From Dehalococcoidia bacterium (GTDB lineage Bacteria; Chloroflexota; Dehalococcoidia; UBA2979), in NCBI GenBank assembly GCA_965262725.1, contig OZ253555.1, forward strand, positions 2,048,001 to 2,112,000: a DNA stretch of 64,000 nucleotides, in the 5' to 3' direction. Position numbers and translations under genes: made by a program. Shown here piece after piece: positions 39,101-47,070 of this stretch (positions are counted from its first letter, which is position 1; each line of letters opens with the position of its first letter). The notes beneath the pieces are model-generated. The model had not been told where the DNA came from. It saw only the letters and a program-made list of their open reading frames with translations, and ran no database searches.

Positions 39101-39559
39101 CAGGCGCATCTCTTCCGCATCGACCTCGACGCCTTCGACGCCGCGCTCGCCGGCCCCGAGGCGCTCGCCGAGTACGAGCGGGCCGCGGCCCTCTACCGGG
39201 GCGACTTCCTCGAGGGGGAGCTCTTCGAGTGGCTCGGCGGCTACCGCAGCGACTACGGCCGGCGGCTGGTCGACGCGGCCGGCCGCGCCGCGTCGATCGC
39301 CGAGGAACTGGGCGAGCGGGAGCGGGCGGCTCGCCTCTACGGCGTGATCCTCGAGCGTGAGCCCGCCGACGAGCCGGCGGCGCGCGGCCTGATGCGCCAG
39401 CGAGCCGCCGCCGGGCAGCCCAACGAGGCGCGCCGGGTCTTCAACCAGCTGACGGAGGCGCTCCGGCAAGAACTCGACGACCCGCGGGCACGTCCCGGAC
39501 CGGAGACGACGGCGCTCCTCGCCGGGCTCGTGGCCGGGGAGGGGAACGCGGCGAGATGA
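36128..39559 (+). CDS. Membrane LysM(x2) - TM - wHTH/BTAD protein
   Basis: YTVAPGEHPWGIA and YRVRPGDHLWGIAERWLG (LysM), TM helices, C-terminal IRCLGPFEV...REILAFLA...LYRGDFLEG...EPADE (BTAD). Confidence 0.85.
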   Translation: MTGAVRPPGQGGAGRREREPGARGLLALLASGVLLALALRAWGGAPRLPEWAELRRGLGGSELADADLVTAATALCWLVLCYLALAVSLRLLVLAAARASGGAAWARAALRVSNLVTVPAVRRLVDSGIGGALLAASWLPLPAPGTAPPPPAAWVAAAPVAAEAAEAAADAARARHHASYTVAPGEHPWGIARLCYGDGTRVIDLFRANCGRAAAGAGGWIDPRQIAPGTVLAVPLPTRDLSARDGLLTYRVRPGDHLWGIAERWLGDGFRWVEIWELNRGAETEEGLRFTDPNLLHPGLLLTLPWDAVQTLPAPEPDPAPAGSGGAAGALPATALTEAGPAGGARAENGSGPAPVGRLGDPPGGSPAEWLHAARPIALSAGGLAVVGGAVLFVRRLHGAGSLRLPGLAARRGEEPGDAGLVALVAGALEATLAECGFPGTAPLLVREGARRLEVTVACPAGDAGALPALRPELERRLACDVGAAEAGPAHVVLTLSWRGPPAPPAILAPDARPALVVPAGAEGDDIVYLNLAAAGGVTVSGDDAERGRLLRSWLATLSVMRSPGDLVFRADAGAARLLGADAGLPHFAGGAAGGSAAELAAELDEVIVSRGQAGGPARPLVAIVDLDAGERDLPLAAMRHGPACGVHVIQSLPAAGASEGAPAAGASLALGTAAPDGAGDGEAPPGAITLRIGRFPPLRLDPVRVRRDASARWSEGAPVAAAAGHAASEPGEPLARRTAREGLPVGGRPPAVDGSCGRAPGGDPVAGTDGGAGVAPEQLPEAGVPDALEPDARGPGPSTIAGNGARDAAPGDDARADPSAPLEPSAGARDVSGPGAGAGPASMAGAPDGPAPAPELRGPAAPPRAGGTTRQGALFTSGDAASPAAGATAGAGPAFTIRCLGPFEVWHGGVRITGWPREKSREILAFLAAHGGAAVPRESVAEALWPGEPWDASLRHVMTNVASSLRTVLRSAAGDDALQPVVGARQRYRLQAHLFRIDLDAFDAALAGPEALAEYERAAALYRGDFLEGELFEWLGGYRSDYGRRLVDAAGRAASIAEELGERERAARLYGVILEREPADEPAARGLMRQRAAAGQPNEARRVFNQLTEALRQELDDPRARPGPETTALLAGLVAGEGNAAR

Positions 39560-40101
39560 CGGCGCGGCGCCCGTTCGCGTGCGGCTCCACGCTCTCGGGC
39601 ATCTGGGCGCCGGTCGCGCTCGCGGGAGCGGCGGCCGCTGCGGGGGCCGCGCACGGGCTGCGCGGGCGGGAGCCGGCCGACATCGTGCTGACGGCCGTCT
39701 TCGGGGCGATCCTCCTGGTGCTCGCCTGGACCGACGTCCGGCGCATGGTGATCCCGAACCGCGTCGTCTATCCCGCGCTCGCGCTGGCGCTCGGCGTCTC
39801 CCCCGCCTGGACCGGGCGCGGCCCCGCAGCGGCGCTGGCCGGGGCGATCGGAGCGCTCGTGGTGCTGGCTCTCGTCCGCCGGCTGAGCCGCGGCGGCCTC
39901 GGCGGCGGGGACGTGAAGCTGGCCGCGCTGGTCGGAGCGGTCGTCGGCTACCCGGGAGTGCTCCTGGCCGGGCTCGTGACCGCGACCGCGGGAGGCGCCG
40001 TGGCAGCGGCTCTGGTCGTGGCGGGGCGAGCCGGCCGGGGCACCCGTATCCCGTACGGGCCGCTGCTCTCCCTGGGGGCGATGACGGAGTTGCTCCGATG
40101 A
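39556..40101 (+). CDS. Prepilin peptidase (A24)
   Basis: WTDVRRMVIPN, GLGGGDVKL, IPYGPLL. Confidence 0.9.
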   Translation: MTARRPFACGSTLSGIWAPVALAGAAAAAGAAHGLRGREPADIVLTAVFGAILLVLAWTDVRRMVIPNRVVYPALALALGVSPAWTGRGPAAALAGAIGALVVLALVRRLSRGGLGGGDVKLAALVGAVVGYPGVLLAGLVTATAGGAVAAALVVAGRAGRGTRIPYGPLLSLGAMTELLR

Positions 40102-40341
40102 GTCCCCTTGCGCGGCCGCTGTCGCACGTCACGGCGGCGATGCGGCCGACGTCCGTCCCACAGTCGGTACTCAGCACCACTGGCGCGGGCAAGTGGAGGG
40201 ACGATGAGGCGAACGAGGACTTCGGCAGGTTCTCCGAACTCGTTCGGTGAGCTGCAGAGGAGGGAGCCCAGGGCCGCTACCGGCGGGGAGGAGGATCGAG
40301 GAGGGAGCCCAAGTCGTCACGTCGCGTGATCCCGTTGTGCT

Positions 40342-42243
40342 CTATCGCAGCAGAGCGCGGATGCTATCCGCGCTCAGGGCGTAGCTGACCCCCTCGATCG
40401 CCGTTCCGACGAGCTTCGCTTGGACGATCCCTATCACGTCCCCGCAGACATCGAGCAGCGGACCCCCGCTGTTTCCCTCGTTCGCGGGCGCGTCGGTGCG
40501 GATGTAGGTCTGGTCGCTCTTGATGAATTGTTCCGAGACGATCCCACGAGTTACGCCGGCCGTGAGCGTTTGCTGGCCCCTTCCGTATCCAAGTACCAGA
40601 GCCTCCGCCCCGTTCGGTGGCCTCTCGCCCCATGTGATCGCTGTGACAGTGGTCTCGGCGACGAGCACCGCGAGATCGAAGTCGACCCGAGCCTCCTTGA
40701 CGGTCGCGGTGATGTCTATCGCCCCGTTCGTCAGCCGGACGCTCGTCTCCCCCGCGACTACATGCTCCGCAGTGAGCCACTCGGAGTTCCCGATGTAGAA
40801 CGCGGTACCCAGGCCCGCGGTCGTGCGCACGAGGGCGACGCTCGGGCTGACACGCGCGGCTGCCGCTTCAGCCGAGCACTCGTCCGGGACCGGCGTCGGG
40901 ACGCGACCCGATGTCGCGGCCGGCGTCCCCGTCGCGCGAGTGGGCAACGGACGAGCGCGGTCGGGCGGGGACGGAGGTGCCGTCGGCGATGCCTGAGTCG
41001 CCGCTGACGCCAGCGAGATGCGCGCCTTGTTGAGCGAGAACAGCGGCTCGTAGATCAACTCCGCGAGCTGCCGGCCGGCCGGCAGCTGAAAGTAGACGTA
41101 CCCGCGGAGGCGGCCTCCGCGGACCAGATAGGCATCCCCGATCTGATCGGGACACGCCGAACTGCACAGGTACGCGTAGGGTTCGTGCGCGATGCCGTTG
41201 GAGTCGACGAGCTTGAAGAAGTACGCGTTGAGGTGATATTCCTCGTCGGCGCCGCCACGGGCATTCACGGCCTCGATCCGGAGACGCAGATTCGCATCGA
41301 CGTAGAGCCCTCCGTCGTGCCGCTCGACATCGAGGACGGTGAGGTTGAGGCTTCCAATCTCGACGATGTCGCCTATGCCCGGCGCTTCCGGTGTCTGCCG
41401 TGGCGTGCGCTGAGGCGTCGGCGCGGGTGCGCGCGTGGGCGTGGGCGCGGCCCTGATCGTTCCGTCGGAACTCGAGACCACCCCGGCGCGTTCGCCCGTC
41501 ACGTGGACTTCGAATGACGTCCGCTTGCGGGCGCCCGCCGCGTCGGTCCAGTGCACCGATCCCGCGACGGCGTGACCTCCGTCGATCTCCGTCACGCGGT
41601 ACCCGTCGAGGCCCTCGCTGTTGCAGTCACCCTGCCAGTCGAGATCGCGACCGGCGACCTCCTGTCGCATGACTGCTTCGGCATCCTTGCACGCGTCCTT
41701 CAGGGTCGTGTCTAGTAGGCTGCCCGCGATGAGCGCCAACGTGAACAGCGGGACGGTCACAGCCCCCACGTACGGCAGCCACGTGTACCGCGCCCCGCGA
41801 GAGAACAGGAACGGGATCGTGACGAGCCACAGGGCGCTACCAGCGACCAGCACGATGCGCAGCCAGTCCGGGAAGCTCGCCGGGTGAAGCCTGCTCCGCT
41901 CACTCGCTTCGGGCGCATGCTGGCTGCGGGTGTCCGTACCCCAATGGTCCGCCCGTATGGTCGCCGGTGCAGCGTCCGTTGTCGGAGACGGAGCAGGCGA
42001 TTGTGGAGCCCCCGATGAGACAGGACTGTCGTCGGCTCGACTGGGCTCGATCGACGCCTCGGGTGCAGGGTGCGCTTCGCGGGGACCGACCGCCGTCGAC
42101 GTCTCCGACGGCCCGAACGACTCGTCGAGGATGCGAGCGCGCTGCGCCTCGTACTCCTCGTCCGTGACCAGGCCGTCGTCGCGGAGGCGCTGGAGCGCGC
42201 GCAGGCGTTCGGTCGCGGGGCGGTTGCTGCCGGGGGAGTCCAC
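40342..42243 (-). CDS. SHOCT + 2TM + DUF4352-like + trypsin-like serine protease
   Basis: RLRALQRLRDDGLVTDEEYEAQRARIL; FKLVDSNG..GYVYFQLP; TAEHVV, DLAVL, GNSGGP. Confidence 0.85.
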   Translation of the reverse strand: MDSPGSNRPATERLRALQRLRDDGLVTDEEYEAQRARILDESFGPSETSTAVGPREAHPAPEASIEPSRADDSPVSSGAPQSPAPSPTTDAAPATIRADHWGTDTRSQHAPEASERSRLHPASFPDWLRIVLVAGSALWLVTIPFLFSRGARYTWLPYVGAVTVPLFTLALIAGSLLDTTLKDACKDAEAVMRQEVAGRDLDWQGDCNSEGLDGYRVTEIDGGHAVAGSVHWTDAAGARKRTSFEVHVTGERAGVVSSSDGTIRAAPTPTRAPAPTPQRTPRQTPEAPGIGDIVEIGSLNLTVLDVERHDGGLYVDANLRLRIEAVNARGGADEEYHLNAYFFKLVDSNGIAHEPYAYLCSSACPDQIGDAYLVRGGRLRGYVYFQLPAGRQLAELIYEPLFSLNKARISLASAATQASPTAPPSPPDRARPLPTRATGTPAATSGRVPTPVPDECSAEAAAARVSPSVALVRTTAGLGTAFYIGNSEWLTAEHVVAGETSVRLTNGAIDITATVKEARVDFDLAVLVAETTVTAITWGERPPNGAEALVLGYGRGQQTLTAGVTRGIVSEQFIKSDQTYIRTDAPANEGNSGGPLLDVCGDVIGIVQAKLVGTAIEGVSYALSADSIRALLR

Positions 42244-42249
42244 GCGGTC

Positions 42250-42951
42250 CTAGAGCTCCTCAATGATGCGGGCGCGGCGCTCCTCGTGTTGCTCGTCGGT
42301 GATCAGGCCCTCGTCGAGCAGCCGTTGTAGCTCACGCAGCCGGGACGCGGCACTCCCTTCGCGCGCGGTGGACGAGCCCCCGAGGGCGTCCGCGCCCGTG
42401 TAGCGCTCCAGCGGTGGGTCCGCCTCCAGGGACGGCGAACGACGCGAGACCGTGGTGCGTCCGGAGCGCGCGGGGGGCTGCTCGTCGCGCAGGCGCAGCT
42501 CAGCGGCCGTCGACGGACGGAAACCGCCGGGCGAGTACGCGACGTACGTGTGGACGAGCTTGTCCCAGAGGCACTGGCGCTCGTGGTCCCAAATGCACCA
42601 CAGCACGACGGGAAGGTAGAGGAGGAGCCCGACACCACCCGTCGCTCCGCCGATCACGCCAGAGCCCACTCCGAACAGCCACCCCTTGATGACGAACTCG
42701 CGCAGGAATGTGGGCCAGCCGCCTGCGCGGCTGCCGTCCTCGCGCATGACGTACATCCCGAGCAACTGCTTGCCCGGAGTCTGCCCGCGGTGCATGACGA
42801 TCGCAAGCCAGATCAGCCACCCTATGCCGAGCGTCACGAGGGCGACGAGAGCGTCAAGCACGTAGCCGCCGAGGCGACGGCCCGGCGAGGCCGTCTGCAG
42901 TTGCTCCGGCGGGTAGAACGACTCGATGCGGCGTCGCGCTTGCATAGTCAT
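42250..42951 (-). CDS. RDD-family membrane protein with C-terminal SHOCT
   Basis: ASPGRRLGGYVLD, GQTPGKQLLG, RQCLWDKL; C-terminal RLRELQRLLDEGLITDEQHEERRARII. Confidence 0.85.
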   Translation of the reverse strand: MTMQARRRIESFYPPEQLQTASPGRRLGGYVLDALVALVTLGIGWLIWLAIVMHRGQTPGKQLLGMYVMREDGSRAGGWPTFLREFVIKGWLFGVGSGVIGGATGGVGLLLYLPVVLWCIWDHERQCLWDKLVHTYVAYSPGGFRPSTAAELRLRDEQPPARSGRTTVSRRSPSLEADPPLERYTGADALGGSSTAREGSAASRLRELQRLLDEGLITDEQHEERRARIIEEL

Positions 42952-43109
42952 GTGCCGGCCATCCTCATTCCCGCCATCTCGTGCACTCGATCCCTTCGAG
43001 CAGGGGCGCAAGTGGCCGGATTCTCCCAGAGCGTCGAGCGTATGTCAGTGCCACGCGGGTGAACAGGCGGCCACTGGCTGGACATCGGGGACTTCGCGCG
43101 ATCTGCCGG

Positions 43110-44005
43110 TTCGCGACAGGCTACTTCCCTCTACAGGAGGCAGCGGGTGTCTCGGCGCTCCGGGCGCATTGGCTAGAACGAGCCCCCGAGATCGCCCGTT
43201 ACTGTGAGCGGCAGGGCTACCGTCTGGTCCGCTTCTACGCCGACGAGGGCGTGAGCGCCCATACCGAGCAGATCGAACGGCGTTCTCAACTCATCGCGCT
43301 GCTCGACGACGCCTCGCACGACGAGTTCGACGTGGCGATCGTCCACACGCTAGACCGTTGGTCGCGCAACGTCGGCGTCCAGCGCCAGGCGCTGCAGCGC
43401 CTGAATGCCCATGTGGGCTTCGCGAGCGTCACCGAGAGCCTCGATGTCGCGACTCCCGCCGGCAGGCTCGTGCTCACAATGATCGGCGGCGTGTCGGAGT
43501 TCCTCTCGGACCAGCTTGGCGTCCACGTCAGCAAGTCGAAGAACGTCCGTGCCGAGGGCGGGCTCCCGGTCGGCAACGTGCCCTGCGGGTACCGGGCCAA
43601 CGCGGCGTCGGGCATTGCGGAGCAGATCCCCGGGGAAGTCTCTGCGGTCGCGGGCGCGTTCGAGCGCGGGGCCGCCGGTGACACCAACGGCGTGATCGCG
43701 GACTGGAGCAACGCGCAGGGGTTCACGACGCGCACCGGCCGGTTGTTCACGGCGCATGCCATCAAGGACGTGCTGAACACGCGCTTCGGCTCCGGGATCG
43801 TCTGTTACACGGGGAACGAGTACGCCGGACGGCACGTCGGCATCGTCGACGAGGATCTCGCCGAGCGCGTGCAGCAGCACCGGCGACGCGCCGGTCCGCC
43901 GCGCGGCCTCCACGGGATGCTCTACTGCGGCAACTGCGGTAGCGCGCTGCATTCCGATCGCAACCACGCGGGGTGTCCGCTCTACCGCGAGCGCCACGGC
44001 GGACC
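43110..44005 (+). pseudogene. Decayed large serine recombinase, paralog of 60650..62266
   Basis: YADEGVSAHTEQIE, VHTLDRWSRNVGVQRQAL, MIGGVSEF, YRERHG. The catalytic YxRVST motif is lost and the C-terminus is replaced by IS1595 sequence. Confidence 0.85.
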
Positions 44006-44029
44006 GGATCACCTACAAGACCGCTTGGC

Positions 44030-44491
44030 ACCTCACACACCGCATCCGCGCGGCGATGGCCAACGATCCGCTCGAGGGGCCAACGCTGGTGCGGCGTCAT
44101 CGAGGTGGACGCGACCTACGTCGGCGGCAAGGCCGCGGGCAAGGGGAGCGGCTACCTCGGCAACAAGACCATCGTCGCAGGTGCGGTCGAGCGTGCTGGC
44201 CGTGTCCGGCTGGAGCGGATCCCCGACGTGAGGCGCAAGACGCTGCATGGCTTCACCAGCCGCACGGTGCGCGACGAGGCGGAGGCCATCTATACCGACG
44301 AGCTGGCGTCCTACCTGGGCATCGGTGACGACGTCGGGAGCTTCCACAAGGTCAGCTCCAAGCACATCGACCGTTCCCCGTCCGAGTTGGAGTGGCGCTA
44401 CAACAACCGCAAGAACGACCACATCTTCGTCGACACGCTGAGCCGCATCGTCAAGACCGATGAGCTCACGTACCGCACGCTGGTCGCCTAG
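44030..44491 (+). mobile_element. IS1595-family transposase remnant (internally deleted)
   Basis: GVIEVDATYVGGK, IYTDELASY, FHKVSSKH...ELEWRYNNR. Confidence 0.85.
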
Positions 44492-44877
44492 CGGTCGATG
44501 CGCTCGCCGATGACAAGCACTCCCTGTCCGCGCCAGTAGATGCCGAGAGTGCATACCGCGACGAGGATCGTCAGCAGCGTCTTGCCGAAGCTGAACTTGT
44601 CGGGGATGACAAACGCCACGCGATAGCCGTCGGCGTTCAACCTGGGCAGCACGCGCTCGAGCGGGTACTGACCTAGTTTGAAAAACCTCCCTCTAGCCCT
44701 CTAGCCAACCTCTAGCGACCTCTGCGCTAGCAGGGTCGGGAAAAAGGCCCCCTTTGGCGCGGCCACGGAGCGAATCACCGCCAAGAGGGCGTATGCGGCG
44801 TCATTTCGGGGCCGATTCTGGCCCCCTCCGGGGCTCTCTCACCCCGTCCGGGCGCCCCGGGACCTACTCCGGGCGCA

Positions 44878-45954
44878 CTACGCCCGTGACAGCGCGGCGT
44901 CGATATTGGCCACGCGCACCAGGTTGTACGCGGCAGCGCCCATCTCCATCCAGAAACCGTTGACCTGTTCGCCGATGTAGCGGAGCTTGCGCCCGCCCCC
45001 CACGGTCTTCAGCCACCCGAAGCTCTCCTCCACCATCTTGCGCCGGCGCTGACTCACCTCGTAGCCGGGCGTCTGCGCCACCTCCTCGGGGATGGCGCTG
45101 TGCTTCGCTCGCCGTGCCACGTGCGGCACGACCCCGAGTTCGCACAGCCCCTCCACGAAGTGCTTCGCGTCGTATCCCTTGTCGGCGCCCAGCGTCGCCC
45201 CCGGTGTCAGGCTGCGCTCGGCCATGGCCAGCGCCGCATCCCGCTCCGCCCGCCCGTGCGCCGTCGTGAGCTCGACGTCGACGATGAGCCCGTTGCGGTT
45301 CTCCGTCATCACATGCCCGATGTAGCTCGGGCGCGCCGCCTGCCCGTTCCCCTTCCGGTACAGGTGCGCGCCGGGATCGGTCGTGCTGACGTGGGTGTCC
45401 CGGTGCCGGCGCTCGCCGCGGAAGTCGACGTCCGGATTGCGGCCCGCAGGCTTGTCCCCGTCCTGCTCGTCGCGTGACCGGTAGCTCTTGTGCGACGCCC
45501 ACGCCTCGAGCTGCGACCCGTCGACCGTGAAGTGCTCCTCGGACAGCAGGTTCCGCTCCCTCGCCTCCCTCACGACTTCCTCGAAGAACCCCCGGGCGAT
45601 GTCGCCGTCAAGGAGCCGGGAGCGGTTCTTCGAGAACGTGGAGCGGTCGAAGGAACCGGGGTCTCCCGGGAGGTCGAGGAACCACTTGAACGCCATGTCG
45701 GACCGCAGCCGCTCGCAGAACTGGCTCTCGCTACGAATCGAGAAGAAGGCGATGAGGAGTGTCGACTTGAGCAGCGTCTCGGGCGGAATCGACGGTCGCC
45801 CGGACTCGCTGTAGAGACCGTCGAAGCGCGGGGAGAGATTGGCGAGCGCCCGGTCGACGATGGGCTTGATGCGTCGGAGCGGGTGGTCGCTGGGGACGAA
45901 CATCTCCGGGTAGGTGAGAGTGGCGCGGCCCTGGTCCTCGCTCTGTCCTCGCAT
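44878..45954 (-). CDS. IS5-family DDE transposase
   Basis: VPSDHPLRRI, GRPSIPPETLL, FTVDGS, LGADKGYD, RKMVEESFGWLK. Confidence 0.9.
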   Translation of the reverse strand: MRGQSEDQGRATLTYPEMFVPSDHPLRRIKPIVDRALANLSPRFDGLYSESGRPSIPPETLLKSTLLIAFFSIRSESQFCERLRSDMAFKWFLDLPGDPGSFDRSTFSKNRSRLLDGDIARGFFEEVVREARERNLLSEEHFTVDGSQLEAWASHKSYRSRDEQDGDKPAGRNPDVDFRGERRHRDTHVSTTDPGAHLYRKGNGQAARPSYIGHVMTENRNGLIVDVELTTAHGRAERDAALAMAERSLTPGATLGADKGYDAKHFVEGLCELGVVPHVARRAKHSAIPEEVAQTPGYEVSQRRRKMVEESFGWLKTVGGGRKLRYIGEQVNGFWMEMGAAAYNLVRVANIDAALSRA

Positions 45955-46124
45955 CGATATCCTCCCTCGTGGGGGTCCCTCTTGTATGATCGTTAGTATA
46001 CTCGCATTATCAGTTACAGTCGACCACTACCTGAGGCTTCTGACAGCTACCGGGGGGCGTTTGTTGCACCCGCGGGGCACCGCCGGCCATGCTCCGGGCG
46101 CCCAGGGAGAAAATCACAACCCTG

Positions 46125-46694
46125 CTAGGGGTAACACGACAGAGCGGAAGCGACTCCCACGGCACCGGTCACATCGAAGGTCGCCGAGTTGGTGTCGTTG
46201 TTGTACGCGCTGACGAACTCGACAAACAGTGTTCCAGCCGCACCAGATAGTGCCTGCGTGAACGCAGCGGTCGCAAACACTGTCGAGTCGGATTCCTCGT
46301 TCGAGTACCAGGTCTCAAGCGTCGGCGCTCTCTGCGAAGCTAAGCGCCAGTTGACGCCTGCGGTGGAGTCGCCACCGTGGAGCAGGAACGGGGTCGTGAT
46401 GAATACGTCGTCGTAGCCATCATTTCCGATCCCACACCGCATGCGCAGCGTGGGCGCCGCTTCCCACGAGTAACCGGAGTCGCTCGTCGCGTCCAAGCTG
46501 TAGCCCTCGTATTTGCCACTGACACCAGAACCGCTGAAGTACTTCCACTCACCGACGCCGACTGGCGCTGCCGTTGGCAGTGCGGCGGTGATCGTTTCCC
46601 GCTGCGCCTCCGGCAACTCAGGCATGAGGCTTGTGAGGTCCACGTCCAACCAGGCGGCGATCAAGATTACGACCGCGAGTATCAACTTATCCAT
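46125..46694 (-). CDS. Exported hypothetical protein (passenger gene inside the IS-like element)
   Basis: GGAGG RBS, signal-like MDKLILAVVILIAAW, lower GC. Confidence 0.7.
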   Translation of the reverse strand: MDKLILAVVILIAAWLDVDLTSLMPELPEAQRETITAALPTAAPVGVGEWKYFSGSGVSGKYEGYSLDATSDSGYSWEAAPTLRMRCGIGNDGYDDVFITTPFLLHGGDSTAGVNWRLASQRAPTLETWYSNEESDSTVFATAAFTQALSGAAGTLFVEFVSAYNNDTNSATFDVTGAVGVASALSCYP

Positions 46695-47070
46695 GGGGTG
46701 CCTCCCTGCGGTGAGCGGTGGCTGTCATACTGCCGTCCTCTCTTATCAACTTCCATGTTGCAGTCAAGATTCTATCCGTGTTCTAGACCATAGTTTTTCA
46801 AACTAGGTCAGTGGTCTCGAGCGCGGCCCCTTGACTCTCGCCGCGGAAGGTTCCTACCCAGCCCCCGATATGATCGACTCGGCGCTGGACGTTGAGGGGA
46901 CGGTCGCTCGGCGCGGTCATCCCAGATATCCCATCAAGATTCGTAGGCCCGGGAAGCTGACGGTACTGCGTCGGGCCTGAGCGGCCCGGTGGAGGCCACC
47001 CGGGACGCAGATGTACCGTCGGCCGCGCCGATCCGGCCGCCAGAGCCGCATTTCTGACGCCGATCACGCC

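Larger units (their letters stand above)
44664..46815. mobile_element. 2152-bp IS-like element with 20-bp perfect subterminal IRs and 8-bp target duplication
   Basis: actgacctagtttgaaaaac (44667-44686) / gtttttcaaactaggtcagt (46793-46812); CTCGAGCG at 44656-44663 and 46816-46823. Confidence 0.85.
44488..46920 (-). pseudogene. ~90-aa small membrane protein split by the 44664-46815 insertion
   Basis: Joining 46920..46816 to 44655..44488 gives MTAPSDRPLNVQRRVDHIGGWVGTFRGESQGAALERVLPRLNADGYRVAFVIPDKFSFGKTLLTILVAVCTLGIYWRGQGVLVIGERIDR*. Confidence 0.75.

Noticed and set aside
36047-40192. 1381-aa minus-strand ORF and similar long ORFs (2823..5435, 52344..54929, 55971..58568, 58292..60271, 47095..48897)
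   Set aside because: Antisense shadows of well-supported genes in high-GC DNA; Arg/Pro/Ala-rich without motifs.
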